From Promethearchaeota archaeon (GTDB taxonomy: Archaea; Asgardarchaeota; Lokiarchaeia; Sigyniarchaeales; SOKP01), in contig JAHPZE010000022.1 in the NCBI GenBank assembly GCA_019058365.1, positions 8,750 through 72,749 on the forward strand: a stretch of DNA of 64,000 nt, in the 5' to 3' direction. Within the stretch, counting starts at the first letter, position 1. The number at the start of each line of letters is the position of its first letter. This document shows, one piece after another, positions 35,675 to 45,384 of this stretch. The position numbers were made by a program, and so were the translations under genes. Under the pieces are notes generated by a model. That model did no database searches, had not been told where the DNA came from, and worked only from the letters and a program-made list of their open reading frames with translations.

Positions 35675-37297
35675 TTATCCATATTTACTTGTGTGAACCG
35701 TCCATTTGCCAAACTTTGTTTTTAGCCACTCAATTTCGGATTCACTAATTTCTGTTCCTTCTATATAAAGGCTTTGTAGAGATTTAAGGTTAATAGTTGT
35801 TGGCGGTAAACTTCGTATAGGATTATCACTAATGGAAATTATTTCCAGCTTATCTAATTCTCCAATACAAGGAGGTAATTCTGAAATATTATTATTTCGA
35901 ATTCTTAAATCTTTCAATGTTTTTAGTTTACATATTGATTCAGGCAATCTTTCTATTTGATTTTCTCCACATTCGAGATTTACTAGTGAAGTCAATTTAC
36001 CAATAGAAGAAGGAAGTGTTGATATTTTATTACTGTCTACATCAAGCCATGTAAGAGTTTTAAGATCTCCTATTGATATAGGTATTTCTTCTAGAAGGTT
36101 TTTACTTAGAGTGAGAGTTTGTATCGATTTAAGGTTCCCAATAGAATCCGGAAGTTGCTTTATCTGATTATTATAAAGGTCTGCATATCTGAGAGAATTT
36201 AAATTCCCAAAAGATTTTGGAAGAGTCATTAATTTATTATCGCGTAAATCTAGTCTCTTTAAAGAAAGAAGATTTCCGAATGATTCTGGTAAAGTTTCAA
36301 GTTCATTATCAAATAAATTTAAGTTTTCTAATCTTTTCAAATTCCCAAATGATTCAGGTAATTTTATTAGTTTATTGTTGCTAAGATTTAACTTTTTTAG
36401 AGAAGTCAATTTTCCAAACGATTCAGGAAGCATCCTTAATTGATTCGAAGAAATTCTTAATTCTTCTAATGATTTAAGATTTCCAAATGATTCAGGTAAT
36501 TTTTCCAAATTTACAAATATCCTAAGTTTTTTTACAGATTTCAATTCCCCAATCCAATCGGGAAGACTTTTCAATTGGTCGCTTGAAATACGTAATATAA
36601 CTAAGTTTTTCAAGTTTTTTATTATTTCAGGTAATTCTTCTATATAACACCTTGCAAGATTAAGTTCCTTCACTATTCCTTCTTCCAATAGAAAGCTCTG
36701 ATCATAGCGAGAGTCTTTCGAATCTAAATAGAATTCTTTTTCTGTTAATCTTTCTAGTTCCTTTATAGCGTTCTCTTCTTCTACTAATTTGAACAGGCTA
36801 TATTTTTCTTCTCCTGTTATCAACTTCATATATTTTTCTTGGAGCAAGAATTTTTGGACGTTCTTCGTCCCGTTAAAGAATCGAGAAATTATTTCTTCTT
36901 TAAATCTTTGTTTTGCTTTTAAATCTCCGACTTCAGTCAGTCTTTTTAATAAGGGGAATGAAAGGTTGCTGTGAAGGAGTCGGGTATCATAATTATGTTC
37001 TGCCCATGCTTGAATATTTGAGCAATGAACCAAGAATCTCACATGAGGTGGAATATCTATTACTTCCACTTCAAAATTATCCTCATACATATGGTAAGGA
37101 GCATTAGCCACTTCATCTACAGACAATTCTGTTAATTCATCAATAGAATCAATTTGTTGAAGCTCTTTTAATCTGTCAGCTTGTCTATTTAGTAAAATGA
37201 TTGAGCAATGTTCGAACAATTCTCCATTTACATAAAGATTTGTCTTCTCATCTTCAAGTTTCAAAGTAATAAATTCATTTATTTTATATTCAACCAT
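35675..37297 (-). CDS. Leucine-rich repeat protein with Lokiarchaeia-type N-terminal domain
   Basis: About 13 LRRs of 23 aa (LPESFGNLKSLEELRISSNQL). N-terminal domain EYKINEFITLKLE...HCSNIQAWAEHNYDTRLLHSNLSFPLLKRL...KEEIISRF resembles a family I recall from Lokiarchaeal LRR proteins. Confidence 0.92.
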   Translation of the reverse strand: MVEYKINEFITLKLEDEKTNLYVNGELFEHCSIILLNRQADRLKELQQIDSIDELTELSVDEVANAPYHMYEDNFEVEVIDIPPHVRFLVHCSNIQAWAEHNYDTRLLHSNLSFPLLKRLTEVGDLKAKQRFKEEIISRFFNGTKNVQKFLLQEKYMKLITGEEKYSLFKLVEEENAIKELERLTEKEFYLDSKDSRYDQSFLLEEGIVKELNLARCYIEELPEIIKNLKNLVILRISSDQLKSLPDWIGELKSVKKLRIFVNLEKLPESFGNLKSLEELRISSNQLRMLPESFGKLTSLKKLNLSNNKLIKLPESFGNLKRLENLNLFDNELETLPESFGNLLSLKRLDLRDNKLMTLPKSFGNLNSLRYADLYNNQIKQLPDSIGNLKSIQTLTLSKNLLEEIPISIGDLKTLTWLDVDSNKISTLPSSIGKLTSLVNLECGENQIERLPESICKLKTLKDLRIRNNNISELPPCIGELDKLEIISISDNPIRSLPPTTINLKSLQSLYIEGTEISESEIEWLKTKFGKWTVHTSKYG

Positions 37298-37825
37298 CTG
37301 AATAAAACATATTTTCTTTTTATTTCAAGTTAAATAGTTTATTTTTAAATATGAAGGGAAAATGTGAGTTATTTAATAGAATAAAAGAAAGCAAAAATAT
37401 TTAAATTTTAAGAGATAGTTTAATTTCTGACTTTAAAAGTTATCATCACATACCTTTCTTTTTGAATCTGGGTTAATATTTTCATAGTATAGATTGTAAC
37501 CCTCTTGATTCTTGAAATAAGGCATAAGAGCTAGGAACTTATAAAATTCTATATTTTTTGTAATAAAAGATTCCAAAAATACTTTTCTAAATTAAAAAAT
37601 CTGTAGTTATATTAATTATAGGTATAAAATTTTACACTTTTAACAATGACAAAAGCAGAAATTATTGAACTTTTTTCATTTTAATTTATTTTAATGAAAA
37701 AGAGATTGACTATTTTGTAAAAAGATTTAATATATATATTGAAATTAATAAAAAGTTTCACAAAATCTATAGTTAAAACAAAAGATCCCTTGCAATTCAC
37801 TTTTGAAAGTAATTAAAAAAAAATA

Positions 37826-39283
37826 TTATAAATCTTTAGTTACTCGCTTTTTATCATACATTTCAAGTAGAGCTGGCATGAAAATTCTACTTAACTTTTT
37901 ATAAACTTTTAAATTTTCTTTCTGTGGAACCTTAGTATCAAAAAATCTAACCATATTTTCAATAGCTTTTTCAAAATTAGAAAATCTTTTGCATCCATAA
38001 AATCCTAAGATTGCTGCTCCTAAAGCGGCTCCATCTTTTTCTTCTGGAATTAAAATTGTTTTATTTGTAATATCAGCAAAAATTTGAGCCCAAAAAGAAC
38101 TGTTCATCCCGCCTCCATCAACTCTAATTTCACCTAATTTATAGCGAGCCATTCCTTCTAAGATATTTATGTACATTTGAGCACTTAAAGCAGCACATTC
38201 CATTATTGCTCGAATCATATGACCTCGAGTATGATTCCAACTTAATCCATGAATTGTTCCTTTTCTAAACATCTGTAATGGAAGAAATAGAACTCCTTCA
38301 CTCCCGGGTGTAATAAGTTGCGCTTCAGTAGTTAGAACTTCATAAACGTTAAGATTTTTTTCTTCACACTCTTTAATTTGCATTTGTGAAAAATTATCTT
38401 TAAACCATTTCAAAACACTACCTGTTCCTGGTACCGCACCCTCAATCATCCATTTTCCTTTAATAACATGCGGTAGCGAAAAAATAGGAAAATCTCCAGC
38501 TGGGGGGATTGGCTCGTCTACAATATAATCAACAAAGGTACCTGTACCTGTTGTTATTTTTGCCTGTCCCTTTTTTATCACACCTAAACCTAAAGCAGCA
38601 CACTGTTGATCCGCTCCGCCTTGAACAACTGGAATATTTTTTTTTAGTCCTAATGCTTCTGCCGCATCGGAAGTTAATTCACCAATAATATCACCTGGAG
38701 TATGTATTTCCGGCCAAAGATTCAATGGTATCTCTGCTTGTCTAGACAACTCTTCATCCCAATTTAGGGTTTTCATATTAAGTATTCCCCAAATTCCGTT
38801 TGTAGGATCTGTGACATGTCGATTGCATAATTTAAAATTTATATAAGAATCTGGTGTGATAATTTTATATGCTTTATTAAACAGTTCTGGTTTATTATTT
38901 TTAAGCCATAACAATTTAGCGATTAATCTCCTTAATCCACCTTCTTCTAACATTGCCCGACCACTACTAAGTTCTCTTTCATCTAACCAAGTTAACGCGG
39001 GGTGTAGAATATTACCATTTTGATCAATAATTGTTGTAGTAGATCGGAAGAATGAACTTGATATTCCAATTATATTATCAGGATTAATACGTTTTATAGC
39101 ATTATTACATGTATTTTTAATTGCATTCCACCACATAATAGGATCATGTTCTGAGATACCTGCTGGTTGTTTAACAAGAGGATACTCTTCATAGGCTTTA
39201 GCAATTTCTTTACCGTTTATGTCAAAAAATATTGTTCTTGCCCCTGTAGTTCCAACATCAAATACACACATCAAATCGCTCAT
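37826..39283 (-). CDS. FGGY-family carbohydrate kinase (xylulokinase/glycerol-kinase-like)
   Basis: DVGTTGAR, GGADQQCAALGLG, TTGTG, DGGG...WAQIFADI, GAALGAA motifs. Confidence 0.92.
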   Translation of the reverse strand: MSDLMCVFDVGTTGARTIFFDINGKEIAKAYEEYPLVKQPAGISEHDPIMWWNAIKNTCNNAIKRINPDNIIGISSSFFRSTTTIIDQNGNILHPALTWLDERELSSGRAMLEEGGLRRLIAKLLWLKNNKPELFNKAYKIITPDSYINFKLCNRHVTDPTNGIWGILNMKTLNWDEELSRQAEIPLNLWPEIHTPGDIIGELTSDAAEALGLKKNIPVVQGGADQQCAALGLGVIKKGQAKITTGTGTFVDYIVDEPIPPAGDFPIFSLPHVIKGKWMIEGAVPGTGSVLKWFKDNFSQMQIKECEEKNLNVYEVLTTEAQLITPGSEGVLFLPLQMFRKGTIHGLSWNHTRGHMIRAIMECAALSAQMYINILEGMARYKLGEIRVDGGGMNSSFWAQIFADITNKTILIPEEKDGAALGAAILGFYGCKRFSNFEKAIENMVRFFDTKVPQKENLKVYKKLSRIFMPALLEMYDKKRVTKDL

Positions 39284-39335
39284 ATAATCACATCTCTTTT
39301 TCTCATTTAATTAAATTTAAAATTTAAAAATTTAT

Positions 39336-40610
39336 TTAGATTACTTTTATTATTAATTCAGATATATCTAGTATTTTATATTTTTCTTTTTCAGTTTCTT
39401 CAATTCCATATGCTAATCCTAGTTCACAAAGAGGACAAGCAGAAATGAAGATCTTTACTCCTGTTTCCTTTAATTCACTAATTCTATTCCGGGCTTCCCT
39501 AACTGCTAAATCTTTATCTGCCCAGTGAGCGGTACCACTCCAACCGCAACAATGTACATATTCTTTGTTATAAATTGGTTCAATCACTTCTAAATCTGGA
39601 ATCTTGTTAAGAATTTCTCGAATAGATTCAATATCATTTAGATTTCTTGCAATTAAACAAGGATCATGAACTGTAATTTTTTTATAATCTTTAGGAATGT
39701 TATTTGTAAGATGCAATTTTCCATCATTTATTAATTTCTTAAAATATTGAGTAGTATGTAGGATTTTTCTTTCAAGCTTGATTCCCGCCTTTTCATACCT
39801 ATTAGTTAGAGTTAAAACACAACCAGGACAGTCTGATATAACGATGTTAGCACCAGTTGATTCAATAAGTACTTTATTTTTCTCAGCAAATTCTTTAGCT
39901 GTTTTCAAATCCCTTATATTAAATGCTGGACCTCCACAGCATACTTTTTTATCAAGATTGGTTGAAAATTTGATACCCGCTTTTTTTAAAATTTGAATAT
40001 TCGCTTTTATTACTTCAGGAAATTTCATTGATTCGCATCCTATATAGTAGAAAACTTCATCATTGCCATCAGTTTCTATATTTTCTATTCCTTTTTCTTT
40101 ATAAGTTTCATATATATTGTATTCTTCTATAGTATTAGTCTTGTTCAACTTATCAATCTGCTGTTTACAGTAATCTGGCATCATTCCTTTATCATTTAAA
40201 TCATCTCTGACAGTTTCTAAAAGTGATACGACAGAAAATTCAAAAGGGCACCAAACCTTACAGTTTTCCTCATTTGTGCATTTGTACATCAAATCGATAA
40301 AAGCCTTATTTTCTTTTTTCATTGGATCTATCTTACCTGTTGTTAAATAATATCCAATTCTAGCTTTATAAGCAGGACTCATTGTTTCGGTTAGTGATGC
40401 TTGTAGAGTTCCACAATCAAACCTACACATATTTGGACAAAGCATGCATTTAATTAAATTCTCTACATCAGCTTTATATTCTCCTTCTGGAAAAAAATTA
40501 GCCTTTTTTTGCCTAAAGTTTTTCATTATCAATGATCTTGTTACTCTATCAGCGTTTTGAATAAGCGGTAAAATCCAACTGTACTTGTTTAATGTTTCTT
40601 CGACACCCAT
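39336..40610 (-). CDS. Fe-S oxidoreductase, GlpC/HdrD-like (ferredoxin-like Cys motifs plus two CCG domains)
   Basis: CMLCPNMCRFDC, CTNEENCKVWCP, YIGC, CCGG, DCPGC, HDPC, CCG, ACPLC. Confidence 0.9.
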   Translation of the reverse strand: MGVEETLNKYSWILPLIQNADRVTRSLIMKNFRQKKANFFPEGEYKADVENLIKCMLCPNMCRFDCGTLQASLTETMSPAYKARIGYYLTTGKIDPMKKENKAFIDLMYKCTNEENCKVWCPFEFSVVSLLETVRDDLNDKGMMPDYCKQQIDKLNKTNTIEEYNIYETYKEKGIENIETDGNDEVFYYIGCESMKFPEVIKANIQILKKAGIKFSTNLDKKVCCGGPAFNIRDLKTAKEFAEKNKVLIESTGANIVISDCPGCVLTLTNRYEKAGIKLERKILHTTQYFKKLINDGKLHLTNNIPKDYKKITVHDPCLIARNLNDIESIREILNKIPDLEVIEPIYNKEYVHCCGWSGTAHWADKDLAVREARNRISELKETGVKIFISACPLCELGLAYGIEETEKEKYKILDISELIIKVI

Positions 40611-42089
40611 TTATTTTTCACCTCCTTTCCAGATATCTACATAAACTTTCCCAGGATTAAGAATATCATTTGGATCAAGCAATTTTTTGATTCTTCTTAA
40701 TGTATTCATAGATCTGCCCAATTCAGTTTCCATCCAATGAGCTCTATTAATTCCTATTCCATGATGATGAGCAATTGAGCCATTAGCATCTATTACTGCC
40801 TTAATTATTGTATCCCAACATTTTTGGTAATATTCCAAATCTGTTTGTCCTTTTCCGGGGGCTCCACCAAAAGTGAAATAAATTCCTACACCATTTGGAT
40901 AAAAATGTGAGACATGAGCAGTAATCATTATAACACCCTGCAATTTCTTCATTGATTCCAAAACAGAATAATAAACTCTTGATGCATCTTCCCATAGAGA
41001 TGCAACTTCAATAGTATCAAATACTATTTTGTACGGAGGCATTGCTGAAGTTTCTGTTACTCTAAATCTAGTCTCAAACCAATGTTCTACTGGATGCACT
41101 CCACAGTCTACGCCTGAATTTTTCTCAGATTTTTCTTTAGTGATCAATTCTTCTAATTCAACTAGCTTTGAATTACCTTCGCAGACAAAAACAACCATTA
41201 CTTTATCTTTCGCTTTCTCAATATCTGGAAAATGCCTTGAAGTCTCAAAAGAGTCATATATTCTAATCACTGCTGGATAAATCTGCTCTCTTAAGATTTG
41301 TCTAACTGCCTTAAATGAGTCTTCGATTGAAGGAAATGCATATGATATTAAAGTTCTTTTAGCGGGATAAGGCCAAATTTTTAGTGTTGCTTTAGTGACA
41401 ATTCCGAGAGTACCCCCTCCTCCTATAAATAATTTATCAAGTTGAGGCCCTGTTGAAGCTCTTGGAATGGTTTTAAAATTAATAATTTCACCTTGAGGTA
41501 ATACCGCTTCCATCCCTAATAAAATATCCTCAATTTTCCCATATTTAGTGCTAAATTGTCCTGCGGCTCTGTGGGCAATCCATCCACCTAAAGAAGATAT
41601 GTAAAGGGATTGTGGTATATGTCCAGTAGTATATCCTTTAGAGTTTAAATGACGTTCTAAATTCATTCCATTTATACCAGTCTGAGCTGTAACTGTTAAA
41701 TTTTTGTCATTAATTTCAAGAACTTTATTAAATTTTTTCATATCAATAATAATTCCCCCCTGAACGGGTATTGCTCCACCAACAACTCCAGATCCTTCAC
41801 CATAAGGTATAACTGGAACTTTCTCTTGATTTGCAAACTTTAAAATGTTGGAAATTTGTTCTACATTTTCCGGCCATGTAACAAAATCTGGTAATCCAGC
41901 TATTTGACCCTGAAGTGTCCAATTGAACCCTATAAGCGATGTGTCCTTTGTATACGCTAAAATATCAATGTCTTTTGTTGAAACATTATTATCGCCTACA
42001 ATTTCTTTTAATTTCGATTCTATCTTCTGTTTATCTTTAATTTCACAGCGATTTTCTTTATAAATTAATTCAAAGTCTTTAAAGTCCAT
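40611..42089 (-). CDS. FAD-linked oxidoreductase (VAO/GlcD superfamily), alkyl-DHAP synthase (AGPS)-like subfamily
   Basis: PYGEGSGVVGG, GHIPQSLYISSLGGWIAHRAAGQFSTKYGKIED, PRASTGP, AHVSHFY, HHHGIG, DPNDILNPGK. Confidence 0.88.
   Translation of the reverse strand: MDFKDFELIYKENRCEIKDKQKIESKLKEIVGDNNVSTKDIDILAYTKDTSLIGFNWTLQGQIAGLPDFVTWPENVEQISNILKFANQEKVPVIPYGEGSGVVGGAIPVQGGIIIDMKKFNKVLEINDKNLTVTAQTGINGMNLERHLNSKGYTTGHIPQSLYISSLGGWIAHRAAGQFSTKYGKIEDILLGMEAVLPQGEIINFKTIPRASTGPQLDKLFIGGGGTLGIVTKATLKIWPYPAKRTLISYAFPSIEDSFKAVRQILREQIYPAVIRIYDSFETSRHFPDIEKAKDKVMVVFVCEGNSKLVELEELITKEKSEKNSGVDCGVHPVEHWFETRFRVTETSAMPPYKIVFDTIEVASLWEDASRVYYSVLESMKKLQGVIMITAHVSHFYPNGVGIYFTFGGAPGKGQTDLEYYQKCWDTIIKAVIDANGSIAHHHGIGINRAHWMETELGRSMNTLRRIKKLLDPNDILNPGKVYVDIWKGGEK
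40618..40625 (-). promoter_or_regulatory. Shine-Dalgarno GGAGGTGA for the Fe-S gene, embedded in the 3' end of the oxidoreductase gene
   Basis: Minus strand reads GGAGGTGAaaaaTAA-ATG, with the stop directly abutting the next start. Confidence 0.75.
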
Positions 42090-42712
42090 AAGTACCAGTA
42101 GGTTTTTTTATTAACTTATTAAAATGATTACGATTAATTTATAATTTTAGTCAATATATTGATAAATAATAAATTCCTTAAAAGAGAGACGGAATAAGAT
42201 AATCTGATTTAATAAATTGTTTCTCCTGTAATCTTATTCACTTTTAAATGCCTAAATTTTGCTTTTTTTCTAATAGGCTCTCTGCTAGCTGAAATTATTT
42301 AATAAATTTTCTGTGGTAAAAGATACTTTGCTGATTATTTTATCATTTCCTTCGTTTCTATAGAATTAAATAGTTTTAAGTTTTCAATTGAATAAAATAA
42401 TTAGCTCATTAAATCATATTTGTATCAACAGAAAAATCAAGAAATTCTAACTTTCTATAAATTCGAGATATTGTATTTTTTTAAAAAATCAAAATCCTTT
42501 AGGTTATCAACGGAATTATTTCTCTTAAAACAAGTAAAACAAATATATATACAACTAAATTTAATTTGTTCATAGACTTTCCTTAAATTTTATTATATCT
42601 AATTGTCGCGAATTCCATAAATTAAATATAAAAAGTAAAAAACCTTCTAAATCTCATAACTAGATTCTGTTGCATTCATTAAAAAACAAAAATTATACAT
42701 AAAAAAGAAATA

Positions 42713-44131
42713 ATGCCAAATTCAATCTTTGGAACATCGGGTATTAGGAGGGTATTTAAAAACTATTCTGAATCAGATCTTATGTTCACTCCTGTCATGA
42801 GTCTTGAAGTTGGTTTAGCATTGGGCACTTATTTAAAAGGTGGTATTGTAGTTATTGGAAAAGATATTCGTATTTCCGCTCTACCAATAGAATATGCCTT
42901 AATTTCTGGACTTGTTAGTTGTGGATGCAATGTTAAAACATTAGGAATCGTTACTACACCTACTCTTGCAGCATCATTGCACTCTTTAGATGCAGATGCT
43001 GGTGTTGCTATTACCGCTTCGCATAATACTCCAGAATATATTGGATTGAAATTATGGAATCAGTCGGGTGTAGGATTTTCACCAGAACAAGAAGAAGAGA
43101 TATCACGTATTTATGATGAAAAGGATTTTATTAAAATTGAATATGACCAAATAGGGAAAGTAACAGAAATTAATGATATAAATGATATTCATATTTCAAA
43201 TGTAACAGATCGAATTAAATTTGATGGACGTGAATTAAATGTCATTGTTGATCCAGGTAATGGTTCTGCCTGTGATATTGTACCCAAGCTTCTCTCAACT
43301 TATAATGTTAATATTATGACTATAAATAGTCAAATGGATGGAAAATTCCCAGGACGTCATTCAGAACCAAGTAAAGAAAACTTAATTCAAATTTCTAAGT
43401 TTTTAAAAATCTCCCAGCAAAAAGATATTGGTATTGCTCTTGATGGAGATGCTGATAGAGTTATTTTTTTAGACGAAATTGGTGAGATTATTGATCCAAT
43501 TCGATTATTGGCCTTGATGGCAAAAAATTGTATTAAAGAGAATACATTATCTAAAAATGAAATGAAAGTTGTTACTCCAATTAATTCATCAAGCTTAATA
43601 GAAGATGTTTTACATCCTCTTGGTTGTGAAGTTATAAGAACTGAAGTTGGAGATATTAAGGTAGCACTTGCTTTACAAAAATATGGAGGTTTCTTAGGAG
43701 GTGAGACCTCAGGTACATATATTTGGCCCAAATTTCATTATGGTCCAGATTCAATTGTAACAATTGCCACCATTCTCCAAATGATAACAAAATCTAAGAA
43801 AAGCTTGATAGAATTATTAAAAAATATTCCAAAATACCCATACTATGCAGAGAGATTTAAATTATTAGAAGATATTCCATTTACCGAAGAAATTCATCAA
43901 AATATTATAAATATAATGAAAGTTTGTTTTGACAATTTAGGAAAAGAAAAGGTGAGTATCAATAGAATGGATGGATGTAGATTCGATTTTGAAGATGGGT
44001 GGCTTTTGATTAGACGATCTGGAACAAGTCCGTTTCTAAGGATATCAGGTGAATCTACAATAGATATAAATCATTCAATAGAATTAAATAATATTGCAAT
44101 GAAAAAAATGCAAGAATTGAATTTAATTTGA
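42713..44131 (+). CDS. glmM: Phosphoglucosamine mutase / phosphohexomutase
   Basis: FGTSGIR, ITASHN (catalytic Ser), DGDADR, GGETSG, RRSGTSP. Located next to glmS and glmU. Confidence 0.85.
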   Translation: MPNSIFGTSGIRRVFKNYSESDLMFTPVMSLEVGLALGTYLKGGIVVIGKDIRISALPIEYALISGLVSCGCNVKTLGIVTTPTLAASLHSLDADAGVAITASHNTPEYIGLKLWNQSGVGFSPEQEEEISRIYDEKDFIKIEYDQIGKVTEINDINDIHISNVTDRIKFDGRELNVIVDPGNGSACDIVPKLLSTYNVNIMTINSQMDGKFPGRHSEPSKENLIQISKFLKISQQKDIGIALDGDADRVIFLDEIGEIIDPIRLLALMAKNCIKENTLSKNEMKVVTPINSSSLIEDVLHPLGCEVIRTEVGDIKVALALQKYGGFLGGETSGTYIWPKFHYGPDSIVTIATILQMITKSKKSLIELLKNIPKYPYYAERFKLLEDIPFTEEIHQNIINIMKVCFDNLGKEKVSINRMDGCRFDFEDGWLLIRRSGTSPFLRISGESTIDINHSIELNNIAMKKMQELNLI

Positions 44132-44157
44132 ATTTTTTTTTAATATTAATCTTCTTG

Positions 44158-45270
44158 TTAAATTCCCATTACTTTTGATAAAAATTTTGGTGTATCGCAA
44201 TTTATACCATATACTCGAGATATTTCTAAAGTTAATAATTGGATTGCTAAAATCATTAAGATAGGTTGTAAATCTGAAACTGTGTTTGGAACTTCAATTC
44301 CATAAGATATTGGCTCTGGAGTATTTTCATTATCAATAAATTCATATATTCCTAAGATAAAAGCTTGTCTTTCTTTTAAACGTTTTAGGAGGTTGAGCAA
44401 ATTTTGTTTTCTTTGATCATTTTCATACGGTATTATAGCTAAAATGCCAGTATTTGAATCCGCGAGAGTTATGGGACCATGGGGAAACTCTGCGGTAGAA
44501 TACGCTTGTCCGAATATTCTAGCTCCTTCTTTTAATTTTAACGCAGCTTCCATTGCTGTAGCATATTCGGGACCACTACCAAGAATAAAGCAATAATTAA
44601 TTTTTTTGAAATATATAGAATAACTCTTTATTTTATCATGGAGTAAGGGTAGTATTGAATAAATTCTATCCGGAATTCTTACTAGCTCAACCCAAATTTC
44701 ATTATATTCTTCATTTATAATCGTCTTGTTCTCTATCGCGATCTCAAGCGAAAGCATAGCTAATATAGCTAAACTTGCTACGTATGTTTTAGTAGCTAAT
44801 ACAGATTGTTCTTCTTTACACTTTAACCCAAGATTGAAATCACATAATTTTGCCAGATCCGAATGTAAATTATTAGTTATACCAATTGTTAAGCAACCAT
44901 TTTTTTTTGAGATCTGTATTGAATTAATAGTATCCTTTGTTGCTCCACTTTGAGAAATAGCTATAACACAATCTTCTCTTTTTAGTATTGGTTTAATCAA
45001 ATACAAGAATTCCATTGAAAATTCTGTAAAAGTAGGAATTTTAGTTAGTCTATTAAACATATACGACATTGCATATCCAGCATGATAAGAACTACCCGCT
45101 CCAATAAGATAAATATGATGTGTTTTTCTTTTAATAATTTCTATAGCTACTTTAGAAATTAAATCCTTCTGTTGGAGAACTCTCTTTAGGCACTGAGGGA
45201 TTTCAAATATTTCACTTTGAGTATATTTTCCTAAATTTTCATTATTTATTTTAGATTTCTCTTGGTTCAT
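44158..45270 (-). CDS. Double-SIS-domain protein lacking a glutaminase domain; GlmD-like glucosamine-6-phosphate deaminase/isomerase
   Basis: GAGSSYHA, SQSGAT, ATKTY, ALKLKE, EFPHGP, C-terminal PKFLSKV. No N-terminal Cys-GATase domain. Confidence 0.8.
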   Translation of the reverse strand: MNQEKSKINNENLGKYTQSEIFEIPQCLKRVLQQKDLISKVAIEIIKRKTHHIYLIGAGSSYHAGYAMSYMFNRLTKIPTFTEFSMEFLYLIKPILKREDCVIAISQSGATKDTINSIQISKKNGCLTIGITNNLHSDLAKLCDFNLGLKCKEEQSVLATKTYVASLAILAMLSLEIAIENKTIINEEYNEIWVELVRIPDRIYSILPLLHDKIKSYSIYFKKINYCFILGSGPEYATAMEAALKLKEGARIFGQAYSTAEFPHGPITLADSNTGILAIIPYENDQRKQNLLNLLKRLKERQAFILGIYEFIDNENTPEPISYGIEVPNTVSDLQPILMILAIQLLTLEISRVYGINCDTPKFLSKVMGI

Positions 45271-45384
45271 TTAAAATTAACACCTTATATTATATTATAT
45301 TAACAATATTATCCTAAATTCAATAATCTTAAAATACTTTTTAAAATATCTTTATCATGATAACACAGAATTTAAAACGGTAAA

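Noticed and set aside
36130-36640. Recurring ttccaaatgattcagg-like words at ~69-bp spacing, superficially CRISPR-like
   Set aside because: They encode the LPESFGNL part of 23-aa LRR units. The repeats are degenerate, the intervening sequence is also homologous, and no cas genes are present.
3-37825. Giant gene as part of a provirus or integrative element
   Set aside because: No integrase, capsid, terminase, tRNA or att-like repeat is visible in this window, and the left boundary is outside the window.
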